Both the position numbers and the translations under genes were made by a program. A model generated the notes under the pieces. The model had not been told where the DNA came from, did not search any database, and saw only the letters and a list, made by a program, of their open reading frames with translations. Shown piece after piece: positions 10,888-22,710 of a stretch of 64,000 bases of DNA. Source of the stretch: Escherichia coli (GTDB lineage Bacteria; Pseudomonadota; Gammaproteobacteria; Enterobacterales; Enterobacteriaceae); the NCBI RefSeq assembly GCF_003334255.1, contig NZ_QOWU01000024.1. The stretch is one strand, 5' to 3'. Numbering within the stretch: the first letter of the stretch is position 1; each line of letters opens with the position of its first letter.

Positions 10888-11844
10888 TTAAAACAGCGCC
10901 TTAAGCCTATCCAGCACTTGCATGGCGCTGTAGTAATCCAGACGGAACGTCTCGGTTCCCAGCGCATAAACCTGCTTGTTTTGTACTGCAGGCAGGTGCG
11001 CGAGCAGCGGATTAGCATAAATAGCATCGGCATCTTTCTGATCACCGGCGAACAGGAATAGTGACTCGCCATTTAACCCTGCAGCCAGATTTTCCCCACC
11101 AAGCTGAATGATGTCATGGCGTTTACCCTGACTTTGGCTGGCATTTAACCCTGCGGGTAACTTCGCCAGCGTAAAGCCGAGTTGTTCCAGCATCTGCCCT
11201 TGTGCTGATTCTGGCGTCCAGAGATTGGCACTGTGTGCAGCGGCAGTATAGACAATGGCAGTGACCGGCTGCGGCGGTAATTTGATTTGCTCTTTCGCCG
11301 CCGCCAGTTGCTTATCAAACTGCGCAATCCGCTCTGCCGCTTGTTTCTCATGCCCGGTAATTTCGCCAAGTTGCGTTAACAGCGACTGCCAGCTTTTGTC
11401 GTCGTAATTGATGATTAATGTCGGGGCGATGGTGGAAAGCTGATCATACAGTGCCAGCGCCGAATCCCCGCCGGTTGCGCTAATTAAAATCAGATCCGGC
11501 ATTTGCGCGGCAACGGCTTCGGCGCTCGGTTCGCCGATATAGAGCCGTTGCAGTTTGCGTTCTTTCGCCACCTTGCTCCACTGGCGTAAAAAGCCCTGGT
11601 CATCCGCGACGCGGTTATTCGGCGTGGTCGCGCCGCTGGCGATCACCGGAGCATCAATCGCCAGCAGTGAGCCGGTCAGGGTGACGCTGGTGGAAACAAT
11701 ACGCTGCGGCTGGCTTTCCAGTGTATGTGTGCCACGGCTGTCAGTAATCTGACGCGGCCAGTCAGCGGCCTGAACTGCGGCTATTCCTGAAAGCAAAAGT
11801 CCTGTTAATAGAAGGGCGTTGCGGTAGAGCGGGGCGAGTCTCAC
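10888..11844 (-). CDS. fepB: Periplasmic ferric enterobactin-binding protein
   Basis: 318-aa ORF with signal peptide, GTG start (cac at 11842-11844). Confidence 0.9.
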
Positions 11845-11910
11845 AAATCAGCTTCCTGTTATTAATAAGGTTAAGGGCGTAATGACAAATTCGACAAAGC
11901 GCACAATCCG

Positions 11911-12013
11911 TCCCCTCGCCCCTTTGGGGAGAGGGTTAGGGTGAGGGGAACAGCCAGCACTGGTGCGAACATTAACCCTCACCCCAGCCCTCACCCTGGA
12001 AGGGAGAGGGGGC
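11911..12013. repeat. GC-rich interspersed intergenic repeat with inverted GGGAGAGGG / CCCTC motifs
   Basis: tcccctcgcccctttggggagagggttagggtgagggg with a second partial inverted copy (ccctcaccccagccctcaccctggaagggagaggggg); nearly identical to the reverse complement of the sequence at 19385-19424. Confidence 0.6.
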
Positions 12014-12171
12014 AGAACGGCGCAGGACATCACATTGCGCTTATGCGAATCCATCAATAATGCTTCTCATTTTCATTGTAACCACAACCAGATGCAACCC
12101 CGAGTTGCAGATTGCGTTACCTCAAGAGTTGACATAGTGCGCGTTTGCTTTTAGGTTAGCGACCGAAAATA

Positions 12172-12192
12172 TAAATGATAATCATTATTAAA
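12172..12192. promoter_or_regulatory. Fur box of the entCEBAH promoter (fepB-entC divergent region)
   Basis: aaatgataatcattattaaag contains a near-perfect GATAATCATTAT Fur-consensus core, about 30 bp upstream of the entC start. Confidence 0.65.
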
Positions 12193-12218
12193 GCCTTTAT
12201 CATTTTGTGGAGGATGAT

Positions 12219-13394
12219 ATGGATACGTCACTGGCTGAGGAAGTACAGCAGACCATGGCAACACTTGCGCCCAATCGCTTTTTCTTTATGTCGCCGTACC
12301 GCAGTTTTACGACGTCAGGATGTTTCGCCCGCTTCGATGAACCGGCTGTGAACGGGGATTCGCCCGACAGTCCCTTCCAGCAAAAACTCGCCGCGCTGTT
12401 TGCCGATGCCAAAGCGCAGGGCATCAAAAATCCGGTGATGGTCGGGGCGATTCCCTTCGATCCACGTCAGCCTTCGTCGCTGTATATTCCTGAATCCTGG
12501 CAGTCGTTCTCCCGTCAGGAAAAACAAGCTTCCGCACGCCGTTTCACCCGCAGCCAGTCGCTGAATGTGGTGGAACGCCAGGCAATTCCGGAGCAAACCA
12601 CGTTTGAACAGATGGTTGCCCGCGCCGCCGCACTTACCGCCACGCCGCAGGTCGACAAAGTGGTGTTGTCACGGTTGATTGATATCACCACTGACGCCGC
12701 CATTGATAGTGGCGTATTGCTGGAACGGTTGATTGCGCAAAACCCGGTTAGTTACAACTTCCATGTTCCGCTGGCTGATGGTGGCGTCCTGCTGGGGGCC
12801 AGCCCGGAACTGCTGCTACGTAAAGACGGCGAGCGTTTTAGCTCCATTCCGTTAGCCGGTTCCGCGCGTCGTCAGCCGGATGAAGTGCTCGATCGCGAAG
12901 CAGGTAATCGTCTGCTGGCGTCAGAAAAAGATCGCCATGAACATGAACTGGTGACTCAGGCGATGAAAGAGGTACTGCGCGAACGCAGTAGTGAGTTACA
13001 CGTTCCTTCTTCTCCACAGCTGATCACCACGCCGACGCTGTGGCATCTCGCAACTCCCTTTGAAGGTAAAGCGAATTCGCAAGAAAACGCACTGACTCTG
13101 GCCTGTCTGCTGCATCCGACCCCCGCGCTGAGCGGTTTCCCGCATCAGGCCGCGACCCAGGTTATTGCTGAACTGGAACCGTTCGACCGCGAACTGTTTG
13201 GCGGCATTGTGGGTTGGTGTGACAGCGAAGGTAACGGCGAATGGGTGGTGACCATCCGCTGCGCGAAGCTGCGGGAAAATCAGGTGCGTCTGTTTGCCGG
13301 AGCGGGGATTGTGCCTGCGTCGTCACCGTTGGGTGAGTGGCGCGAAACAGGCGTCAAACTTTCTACCATGTTGAACGTTTTTGGATTGCATTAA
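12219..13394 (+). CDS. entC: Isochorismate synthase
   Basis: Start trimmed to [11 protein letters not shown] (ATG 12219), 391 aa, chorismate-binding family. Confidence 0.9.
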
Positions 13395-13403
13395 GGAGCG
13401 AGG

Positions 13404-15014
13404 ATGAGCATTCCATTCACCCGCTGGCCGGAAGAGTTTGCCCGTCGCTATCGGGAAAAAGGCTACTGGCAGGATTTGCCGCTGACCGACATTCTGACGC
13501 GACATGCTGCGAGTGACAGCATCGCGGTTATCGACGGCGAGCGACAGTTGAGTTATCGGGAGCTGAATCAGGCGGCGGATAACCTCGCGTGTAGTTTACG
13601 CCGTCAGGGCATTAAACCTGGTGAAACCGCGCTGGTACAACTGGGTAACGTCGCTGAATTGTATATTACCTTTTTCGCGCTGCTGAAACTGGGCGTTGCG
13701 CCGGTGCTGGCGTTGTTCAGCCATCAGCGTAGTGAACTGAACGCCTATGCCAGCCAGATTGAACCCGCATTGCTGATTGCCGATCGCCAACATGCGCTGT
13801 TTAGCGGGGATGATTTCCTCAATACTTTCGTCACAGAACATTCCTCCATTCGCGTGGTGCAACTGCTCAACGACAGCGGTGAGCATAACTTGCAGGATGC
13901 GATTAACCATCCGGCTGAGGATTTTACTGCCACGCCATCACCTGCTGATGAAGTGGCCTATTTCCAGCTTTCCGGTGGCACCACCGGCACACCGAAACTG
14001 ATCCCGCGCACTCATAACGACTACTACTACAGCGTGCGTCGTAGCGTCGAGATTTGTCAGTTCACACAACAGACACGCTACCTGTGCGCGATCCCGGCGG
14101 CTCATAACTACGCCATGAGTTCGCCAGGATCGCTGGGCGTCTTTCTTGCCGGAGGAACGGTTGTTCTGGCGGCCGATCCCAGCGCCACGCTCTGTTTCCC
14201 ATTGATTGAAAAACATCAGGTTAACGTTACCGCGCTGGTGCCACCCGCAGTCAGCCTGTGGTTGCAGGCGCTGATCGAAGGCGAAAGCCGGGCGCAGCTT
14301 GCCTCGCTGAAACTGTTACAGGTCGGCGGCGCACGTCTTTCTGCCACCCTTGCGGCGCGTATTCCCGCTGAGATTGGCTGTCAGTTGCAGCAGGTGTTTG
14401 GCATGGCGGAAGGGCTGGTGAACTACACCCGACTTGATGATAGCGCGGAGAAAATTATCCATACCCAGGGTTACCCAATGTGTCCGGATGACGAAGTATG
14501 GGTTGCCGATGCCGAAGGAAATCCACTGCCGCAAGGGGAAGTCGGACGCCTGATGACGCGCGGGCCGTACACCTTCCGCGGCTATTACAAAAGTCCACAG
14601 CACAATGCCAGCGCCTTTGATGCCAACGGTTTTTACTGTTCCGGCGATCTGATCTCTATTGATCCAGAGGGTTACATCACCGTGCAGGGGCGCGAGAAAG
14701 ATCAGATTAACCGTGGCGGCGAGAAGATCGCTGCCGAAGAGATCGAAAACCTGCTGCTGCGCCACCCGGCGGTGATCTACGCCGCACTGGTGAGCATGGA
14801 AGATGAGCTGATGGGCGAAAAAAGCTGCGCTTATCTGGTGGTAAAAGAGCCGCTGCGCGCGGTGCAGGTGCGTCGTTTCCTGCGTGAACAGGGTATTGCC
14901 GAATTTAAATTACCGGATCGCGTGGAGTGTGTGGATTCACTTCCGCTGACGGCGGTCGGGAAAGTCGATAAAAAACAATTACGTCAGTGGCTGGCGTCAC
15001 GCGCATCAGCCTGA
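13404..15014 (+). CDS. entE: 2,3-dihydroxybenzoate-AMP ligase
   Basis: 536-aa adenylate-forming enzyme; recognised as EntE. Confidence 0.95.
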   Translation: MSIPFTRWPEEFARRYREKGYWQDLPLTDILTRHAASDSIAVIDGERQLSYRELNQAADNLACSLRRQGIKPGETALVQLGNVAELYITFFALLKLGVAPVLALFSHQRSELNAYASQIEPALLIADRQHALFSGDDFLNTFVTEHSSIRVVQLLNDSGEHNLQDAINHPAEDFTATPSPADEVAYFQLSGGTTGTPKLIPRTHNDYYYSVRRSVEICQFTQQTRYLCAIPAAHNYAMSSPGSLGVFLAGGTVVLAADPSATLCFPLIEKHQVNVTALVPPAVSLWLQALIEGESRAQLASLKLLQVGGARLSATLAARIPAEIGCQLQQVFGMAEGLVNYTRLDDSAEKIIHTQGYPMCPDDEVWVADAEGNPLPQGEVGRLMTRGPYTFRGYYKSPQHNASAFDANGFYCSGDLISIDPEGYITVQGREKDQINRGGEKIAAEEIENLLLRHPAVIYAALVSMEDELMGEKSCAYLVVKEPLRAVQVRRFLREQGIAEFKLPDRVECVDSLPLTAVGKVDKKQLRQWLASRASA

Positions 15015-15027
15015 AGGAGAGAACACG

Positions 15028-15884
15028 ATGGCTATTCCAAAATTACAGGCTTACGCACTGCCGGAGTCTCACGATATTCCGCAGAATAAAGTTGACTGGG
15101 CCTTTGAACCGCAACGTGCCGCGTTGTTAATCCATGATATGCAGGACTATTTTGTCAGCTTCTGGGGCGAGAACTGCCCGATGATGGAGCAGGTGATCGC
15201 GAATATTGCTGCGCTGCGCGACTACTGCAAACAGCACAATATCCCGGTTTATTACACCGCCCAGCCGAAAGAGCAGAGCGATGAAGATCGGGCGCTGTTG
15301 AATGATATGTGGGGGCCGGGCCTGACCCGCTCGCCGGAACAGCAAAAGGTGGTGGATCGCCTGACGCCAGATGCCGACGACACGGTGCTGGTGAAGTGGC
15401 GCTACAGCGCGTTTCATCGTTCTCCGCTGGAGCAAATGCTGAAAGAGAGTGGACGTAACCAGCTGATTATTACCGGGGTATATGCCCACATTGGCTGTAT
15501 GACCACCGCAACCGACGCATTTATGCGCGATATTAAACCGTTTATGGTGGCGGATGCGCTGGCCGATTTCAGCCGTGACGAGCATTTGATGTCGCTGAAA
15601 TATGTGGCCGGACGTTCTGGCCGGGTGGTGATGACTGAAGAATTACTGCCAGCACCTATCCCCGCCAGCAAAGCGGCGCTGCGTGAGGTGATCCTGCCGT
15701 TGCTGGACGAGTCCGATGAACCGTTCGATGACGACAACCTGATCGACTACGGTCTGGATTCGGTGCGCATGATGGCGCTGGCGGCGCGCTGGCGCAAAGT
15801 GCATGGTGATATCGACTTTGTCATGCTGGCGAAAAACCCGACCATCGACGCCTGGTGGAAGCTACTCTCCCGCGAGGTGAAATA

Positions 15885-15885
<1 letters not shown>
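15028..15885 (+). CDS. entB: Isochorismatase / aryl carrier protein
   Basis: 285 aa with isochorismatase domain and C-terminal carrier motif DYGLDSVRMM; stop overlaps the entA start. Confidence 0.95.
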
Positions 15886-17047
<1,162 letters not shown>

Positions 17048-17227
17048 ACCCGACAGAATTAGATGAGATTGCAGGAAAACTCGGTTAACGGAGTGATCGA
17101 GTTAACATTGTTAAGTTAAATATTGGTTTCAACTCCGATTTACATGGTTGCTGTGTTGTTAAATTGTACAAAGATGTTATAGAAACAAAATGTAACATCT
17201 CTATGGACACGCACACGGATAACAACT

Positions 17228-19333
17228 ATGAACAAATCAGGGAAATACCTCGTCTGGACAGTGCTCTCTGTAATGGGAGCATTTGCTCTGGGATACATTG
17301 CTTTAAATCGTGGGGAACAGATCAACGCGCTGTGGATTGTGGTGGCGTCGGTCTGTATCTATCTGATCGCTTACCGTTTTTATGGGCTGTATATCGCCAA
17401 AAATGTGCTGGCGGTTGACCCGACGCGTATGACGCCAGCGGTGCGCCATAACGACGGGCTGGACTATGTGCCGACGGACAAGAAAGTGCTGTTCGGTCAC
17501 CATTTTGCGGCCATTGCCGGAGCAGGTCCGCTGGTGGGGCCGGTACTGGCGGCGCAAATGGGCTACCTGCCGGGGATGATCTGGCTGCTCGCTGGGGTGG
17601 TTCTCGCCGGTGCGGTGCAGGATTTCATGGTGCTGTTTGTTTCTACGCGCCGTGACGGTCGCTCGCTGGGTGAGCTGGTCAAAGAAGAGATGGGGCCAAC
17701 CGCCGGGGTGATTGCGCTGGTGGCCTGCTTTATGATCATGGTCATTATCCTTGCAGTGCTGGCGATGATCGTGGTGAAAGCCCTGACTCATAGCCCGTGG
17801 GGAACATATACCGTTGCGTTCACCATTCCGCTGGCGCTGTTTATGGGGATCTACCTGCGCTATCTGCGTCCGGGGCGTATTGGCGAAGTGTCGGTCATCG
17901 GTCTGGTATTCCTGATTTTCGCCATTATCTCTGGCGGCTGGGTGGCAGAAAGTCCGACCTGGGCACCGTACTTTGACTTTACCGGCGTGCAGTTGACCTG
18001 GATGCTGGTGGGTTACGGTTTTGTGGCGGCGGTGCTGCCGGTGTGGTTACTGCTGGCCCCGCGTGACTACCTCTCTACCTTCCTGAAAATCGGGACTATC
18101 GTCGGTCTGGCGGTAGGCATTTTGATTATGCGCCCGACGCTGACCATGCCTGCGCTGACCAAATTTGTCGATGGCACTGGCCCGGTATGGACCGGTAACC
18201 TGTTCCCGTTCCTGTTTATCACCATCGCCTGTGGCGCGGTGTCTGGCTTCCATGCGCTGATCTCTTCTGGGACCACGCCGAAGATGCTGGCGAACGAAGG
18301 GCAGGCGTGCTTTATCGGCTACGGTGGGATGTTAATGGAATCCTTCGTGGCGATTATGGCGCTGGTTTCCGCCTGTATCATCGATCCGGGCGTGTATTTT
18401 GCCATGAACAGCCCGATGGCGGTGCTGGCTCCGGCAGGGACGGCGGATGTGGTCGCTTCTGCCGCGCAGGTGGTGAGTAGCTGGGGCTTTAGCATTACAC
18501 CAGATACGCTAAACCAGATTGCCAGCGAAGTGGGTGAACAGTCGATCATTTCCCGTGCGGGCGGTGCGCCGACGCTGGCGGTGGGGATGGCCTACATTCT
18601 GCACGGCGCGCTGGGCGGCATGATGGATGTGGCGTTCTGGTATCACTTCGCCATTTTGTTTGAAGCACTGTTTATTCTGACGGCGGTGGATGCAGGTACG
18701 CGTGCTGCGCGCTTTATGTTGCAGGATCTGCTGGGCGTGGTGTCTCCTGGCCTGAAGCGGACCGATTCACTGCCTGCTAACCTGCTGGCAACAGCGCTGT
18801 GCGTACTGGCGTGGGGCTACTTCCTCCATCAGGGCGTGGTCGATCCGCTGGGCGGCATTAACACTCTGTGGCCGCTGTTTGGTATTGCCAACCAGATGCT
18901 GGCAGGGATGGCGCTGATGCTCTGTGCCGTGGTGTTGTTCAAGATGAAACGTCAACGTTACGCCTGGGTGGCGCTGGTACCAACGGCCTGGCTGCTGATT
19001 TGTACCCTGACCGCAGGCTGGCAGAAAGCGTTTAGCCCGGATGCGAAAGTCGGCTTCCTGGCCATTGCTAATAAGTTCCAGGCAATGATCGACAGCGGCA
19101 ATATTCCGTCGCAGTATACTGAGTCACAGCTGGCGCAACTGGTGTTCAACAACCGTCTGGATGCCGGGTTAACCATCTTCTTTATGGTGGTCGTGGTGGT
19201 TCTGGCACTGTTCTCGATTAAGACGGCACTTGCGGCATTGAAAGATCCGAAGCCAACGGCGAAAGAAACGCCGTATGAACCAATGCCGGAAAATGTCGAG
19301 GAGATCGTGGCGCAGGCAAAAGGCGCACACTAA
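17228..19333 (+). CDS. cstA: Carbon starvation protein A, peptide/pyruvate transporter
   Basis: 701-aa polytopic membrane ORF recognised as CstA. Confidence 0.9.
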   Translation: MNKSGKYLVWTVLSVMGAFALGYIALNRGEQINALWIVVASVCIYLIAYRFYGLYIAKNVLAVDPTRMTPAVRHNDGLDYVPTDKKVLFGHHFAAIAGAGPLVGPVLAAQMGYLPGMIWLLAGVVLAGAVQDFMVLFVSTRRDGRSLGELVKEEMGPTAGVIALVACFMIMVIILAVLAMIVVKALTHSPWGTYTVAFTIPLALFMGIYLRYLRPGRIGEVSVIGLVFLIFAIISGGWVAESPTWAPYFDFTGVQLTWMLVGYGFVAAVLPVWLLLAPRDYLSTFLKIGTIVGLAVGILIMRPTLTMPALTKFVDGTGPVWTGNLFPFLFITIACGAVSGFHALISSGTTPKMLANEGQACFIGYGGMLMESFVAIMALVSACIIDPGVYFAMNSPMAVLAPAGTADVVASAAQVVSSWGFSITPDTLNQIASEVGEQSIISRAGGAPTLAVGMAYILHGALGGMMDVAFWYHFAILFEALFILTAVDAGTRAARFMLQDLLGVVSPGLKRTDSLPANLLATALCVLAWGYFLHQGVVDPLGGINTLWPLFGIANQMLAGMALMLCAVVLFKMKRQRYAWVALVPTAWLLICTLTAGWQKAFSPDAKVGFLAIANKFQAMIDSGNIPSQYTESQLAQLVFNNRLDAGLTIFFMVVVVVLALFSIKTALAALKDPKPTAKETPYEPMPENVEEIVAQAKGAH

Positions 19334-19340
19334 AGTCAGA

Positions 19341-19424
19341 GTGAGGGGGGGATGTTGGCGAATGTTGGCTTAGTGCCCAGGGTTCCCTCTCACCCTAACC
19401 CTCTCCCCGGTGGGGCGAGGGGAC
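19341..19424. repeat. GC-rich interspersed repeat, second copy in inverted orientation
   Basis: ccctctcaccctaaccctctccccggtggggcgaggggac; its reverse complement closely matches 11911-11948. Confidence 0.6.
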
Positions 19425-19450
19425 TGACCGAGCGCGTTGATAGCATTTGT

Positions 19451-19483
19451 AGGCCGGATAAGGCGTTCACGCCGCATCCGGCA
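19451..19483. repeat. REP (repetitive extragenic palindrome) element
   Basis: aggccggataaggcgttcacgccgcatccggc matches the canonical REP/PU consensus. Confidence 0.8.
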
Positions 19484-19515
19484 CTCTTTCAGCAACATGG
19501 TTAGCGGAGGCCAAG

Positions 19516-19713
19516 ATGTTTGATTCACTGGCAAAAGCCGGAAAATATTTAGGTCAGGCGGCGAAGCTGATGATTGGTATGCCTGATTACGACAACTATG
19601 TCGAACATATGCGGGTTAACCATCCCGATCAAACGCCGATGACCTACGAAGAGTTTTTCCGTGAGCGGCAGGACGCGCGCTACGGTGGAAAAGGCGGCGC
19701 GCGCTGCTGCTAA
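19516..19713 (+). CDS. ybdD: Small DUF466-family protein encoded immediately downstream of cstA
   Basis: 65-aa [35 protein letters not shown]; recognised as YbdD. Confidence 0.85.
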   Translation: MFDSLAKAGKYLGQAAKLMIGMPDYDNYVEHMRVNHPDQTPMTYEEFFRERQDARYGGKGGARCC

Positions 19714-19722
19714 ATTTGTACG

Positions 19723-20811
19723 TCAGGCTTTAAACGATTCCACTTTTTTGAACGCTGCACGCAACGTATCTGGTGTCAGCGTGACTGGCAGGTAATGAAT
19801 GGACTCCACCGGACGCAGGGTGTGGGCAATCACTTTGTCGATCTCCGCCTGATTATTGATATCCACTTCCAGCTCCGCCAGTGTAGTCGGCAGATGAAAA
19901 CGCTGATACGCTCCAGTTAATTGCGCCAGCACATCATCCTGACCCAGCAAGGCGCTTTGCACCAGAATTCCGTAGGCGACTTTGGTGCCGTGGAGAAACT
20001 TCTCGGTTTGCGGCAGCACGGTCAGACCGTTATGCACGGCATGAGCTGCCGCCACACGCGTAAAACGATCGCCCAGACCACCAACCATCCCACCACCAGC
20101 AATAATAGCATCCACCACATCGCAAAATGATTGCGTTAACTGTTGATTTTGCTGATCGCTCAGCGCCTGTTCGCTACTGTTTAACAAGACGTCGCGAATG
20201 GCTTGCGCATTATTGATCCCCAGTCGCACGGTTAGCGGCAACGTTTCTGGTTGCGGAGCCAGCACCACCGCTTCATACCATTTCGCCAGCGTGTCACCGA
20301 TCCCCGCCAGCAGATATTGTTGCGGTGCATTGAGGATAATCTCCGGTTCCACCAGCACCATAAAATTGGCGTCGTCGAAAATCTCATAATGCAGCGCCTG
20401 TCCGGCATCATTATACCAGACGGAGAGCGGTGTCCAGGCGGCGCAGGTGGCGGCGATCGTCGGAACGGCAACAAACGGCAGACCGAGACGGCGGGCGAGG
20501 GCTTTCGCGGTGTCGAGCAGTGCACCGCCACCGACGCCAATCACCACGCTGCGGTCGTCACCGGACTCAGCCGCCAGTTGTTGTACATCGCTTTCGCTGC
20601 AATGACCGCGAAACAAAATATGCTTTGCCCCTGGCAGTCCAAACGCTGGCGGAAGTTTGGTTTGCGCCGCAGCAATGGCGCGTTTGCCGTAGATCCACAC
20701 CGCGCGAGAAAGTTGTTCATCAGTGAAAAAATCGTGCAGGTGATTGAAACTTCCTGGATGTGAAAAGTAGTTAGCCGGGCCGACGACCACGCGGATAGGA
20801 TTGTGAGGCAT
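19723..20811 (-). CDS. ybdH: Iron-containing (group III) alcohol dehydrogenase-family hydroxycarboxylate dehydrogenase
   Basis: 362-aa ORF recognised as YbdH (HcxA); GGG-rich NAD(P)-binding region. Confidence 0.85.
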   Translation of the reverse strand: MPHNPIRVVVGPANYFSHPGSFNHLHDFFTDEQLSRAVWIYGKRAIAAAQTKLPPAFGLPGAKHILFRGHCSESDVQQLAAESGDDRSVVIGVGGGALLDTAKALARRLGLPFVAVPTIAATCAAWTPLSVWYNDAGQALHYEIFDDANFMVLVEPEIILNAPQQYLLAGIGDTLAKWYEAVVLAPQPETLPLTVRLGINNAQAIRDVLLNSSEQALSDQQNQQLTQSFCDVVDAIIAGGGMVGGLGDRFTRVAAAHAVHNGLTVLPQTEKFLHGTKVAYGILVQSALLGQDDVLAQLTGAYQRFHLPTTLAELEVDINNQAEIDKVIAHTLRPVESIHYLPVTLTPDTLRAAFKKVESFKA

Positions 20812-20919
20812 GTTGTGTTGTCCTTATTGTTTTATTTAGACATCTAAACGTCTTGATTGCCAAATACTAGCATCGTGTTATAGTGCCTTCAACACGCAAC
20901 TTCGTCAGGTACAATAAAA

Positions 20920-22080
20920 ATGACAAATAACCCTCTGATTCCACAAAGCAAACTTCCACAACTTGGCACCACTATTTTCACCCAGATGAGCGCGCTGGCG
21001 CAGCAACACCAGGCGATTAACCTGTCGCAAGGCTTTCCTGATTTTGATGGTCCGCGCTATTTACAGGAGCGGCTGGCGCACCACGTTGCACAGGGGGCAA
21101 ACCAATACGCGCCCATGACCGGCGTGCAGGCCTTGCGCGAGGCGATTGCTCAGAAAACGGAACGTTTGTATGGCTATCAACCAGATGCCGATAGCGATAT
21201 CACCGTAACGGCAGGGGCGACGGAAGCGTTATACGCGGCGATTACCGCACTGGTGCGCAATGGCGATGAAGTGATTTGTTTTGATCCCAGCTATGACAGT
21301 TACGCCCCCGCCATCGCGCTTTCTGGGGGAATAGTGAAGCGTATGGCACTGCAACCACCGCATTTTCGCGTTGACTGGCAGGAATTTGCCGCATTATTAA
21401 GCGAGCGCACCAGACTGGTGATCCTCAACACTCCGCATAACCCCAGTGCAACTGTCTGGCAGCAGGCTGATTTCGCCGCTTTGTGGCAGGCGATCGCCGG
21501 GCACGAGATTTTTGTCATTAGCGATGAAGTCTACGAGCACATCAACTTTTCACAACAGGGCCATGCCAGTGTGCTGGCGCATCCGCAGCTGCGTGAGCGG
21601 GCAGTGGCGGTTTCTTCATTTGGCAAGACCTATCATATGACCGGCTGGAAAGTGGGTTATTGTGTTGCGCCAGCGCCCATCAGCGCCGAAATTCGCAAGG
21701 TACATCAGTATCTGACCTTTTCGGTGAATACCCCGGCACAGCTGGCGCTTGCTGATATGCTACGTGCAGAACCTGAGCATTATCTTGCGTTACCGGACTT
21801 TTATCGCCAGAAGCGCGATATTCTGGTGAATGCTTTAAATGAAAGCCGGCTGGAGATTTTACCGTGTGAAGGTACATACTTTTTGCTGGTGGATTACAGC
21901 GCGGTTTCTACCCTGGATGATGTTGAGTTTTGCCAGTGGCTGACGCAGGAGCACGGCGTAGCGGCGATTCCGCTGTCGGTGTTTTGCGCCGATCCCTTCC
22001 CACATAAACTGATTCGTCTCTGTTTTGCCAAGAAGGAATCGACGTTGCTGGCAGCAGCTGAACGCCTGCGCCAGCTTTAG
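20920..22080 (+). CDS. ybdL: PLP-dependent aminotransferase (methionine-oxo-acid transaminase)
   Basis: 386-aa ORF of the class I aminotransferase family (SFGKTYHMTGWKVGY lysine region). Confidence 0.85.
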   Translation: MTNNPLIPQSKLPQLGTTIFTQMSALAQQHQAINLSQGFPDFDGPRYLQERLAHHVAQGANQYAPMTGVQALREAIAQKTERLYGYQPDADSDITVTAGATEALYAAITALVRNGDEVICFDPSYDSYAPAIALSGGIVKRMALQPPHFRVDWQEFAALLSERTRLVILNTPHNPSATVWQQADFAALWQAIAGHEIFVISDEVYEHINFSQQGHASVLAHPQLRERAVAVSSFGKTYHMTGWKVGYCVAPAPISAEIRKVHQYLTFSVNTPAQLALADMLRAEPEHYLALPDFYRQKRDILVNALNESRLEILPCEGTYFLLVDYSAVSTLDDVEFCQWLTQEHGVAAIPLSVFCADPFPHKLIRLCFAKKESTLLAAAERLRQL

Positions 22081-22710
22081 CTATTTAACCGTCCAGGCGC
22101 GGGAATATTGACGGTCGGCAAACAACTCTTGCAGGCCGTTAATTTGCTTCAGGCGCAGCACTTCGTCGCTGTCCATTCCCAGCTCTTTGCCAATTTTATT
22201 ATCGTCCCATCCCAACTGGCTAAGTTCACGGACGATTTCCGACATGGCGGTGATTTGATGGCGTCCACGAGCGCGATTATGACGAATAGTCGCGGCGATG
22301 CGTTGATTACGCGTACCTTCCAGACAGGTCACCGGCAAATAACCTTTTAAGCGTAATTTTAATGATGATGAGCCTTTACCAATTTCATGGCGGTGAAAAC
22401 CATCCACGATTTCCATGGCATTTTTATCCGTATGTGTGACCACAATGGGTTGGGTAAAACCATCTATTTCAATGGATTTTTGCAGCAGTTTTTTTTCGGG
22501 TGGTGCCACGTTGTTTGGGTTGTAATCATTAGGCATAAGTTGGCTGTTTTTAACCCACAGAACGCAATCCACTGGCTCTTCACGAAAGGGGCTAACCTGA
22601 TGGATCGCCATGCGGATTTCATTAATCGCTTTGATGCGATCATCTTCCGGCAAGCTGGCGAGAAATTGCGTTAAATCCTGCGTTAATCGTTGTTGCATAG
22701 TATCCCCCAT
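22081..22710 (-). CDS. ybdM: ParB/Srx-like domain protein, IbrB homolog, function unknown
   Basis: 209-aa ORF with IVDGFHRH motif typical of the ParB/sulfiredoxin fold; 28-nt overlap with ybdN. Confidence 0.8.
   Translation of the reverse strand: MGDTMQQRLTQDLTQFLASLPEDDRIKAINEIRMAIHQVSPFREEPVDCVLWVKNSQLMPNDYNPNNVAPPEKKLLQKSIEIDGFTQPIVVTHTDKNAMEIVDGFHRHEIGKGSSSLKLRLKGYLPVTCLEGTRNQRIAATIRHNRARGRHQITAMSEIVRELSQLGWDDNKIGKELGMDSDEVLRLKQINGLQELFADRQYSRAWTVK

Noticed and set aside
17048-17227. Possible CRP site in the cstA promoter region (cstA is cAMP-CRP dependent per established knowledge)
   Set aside because: I could not find a convincing TGTGA-N6-TCACA match by eye in this interval, so I did not annotate a site.
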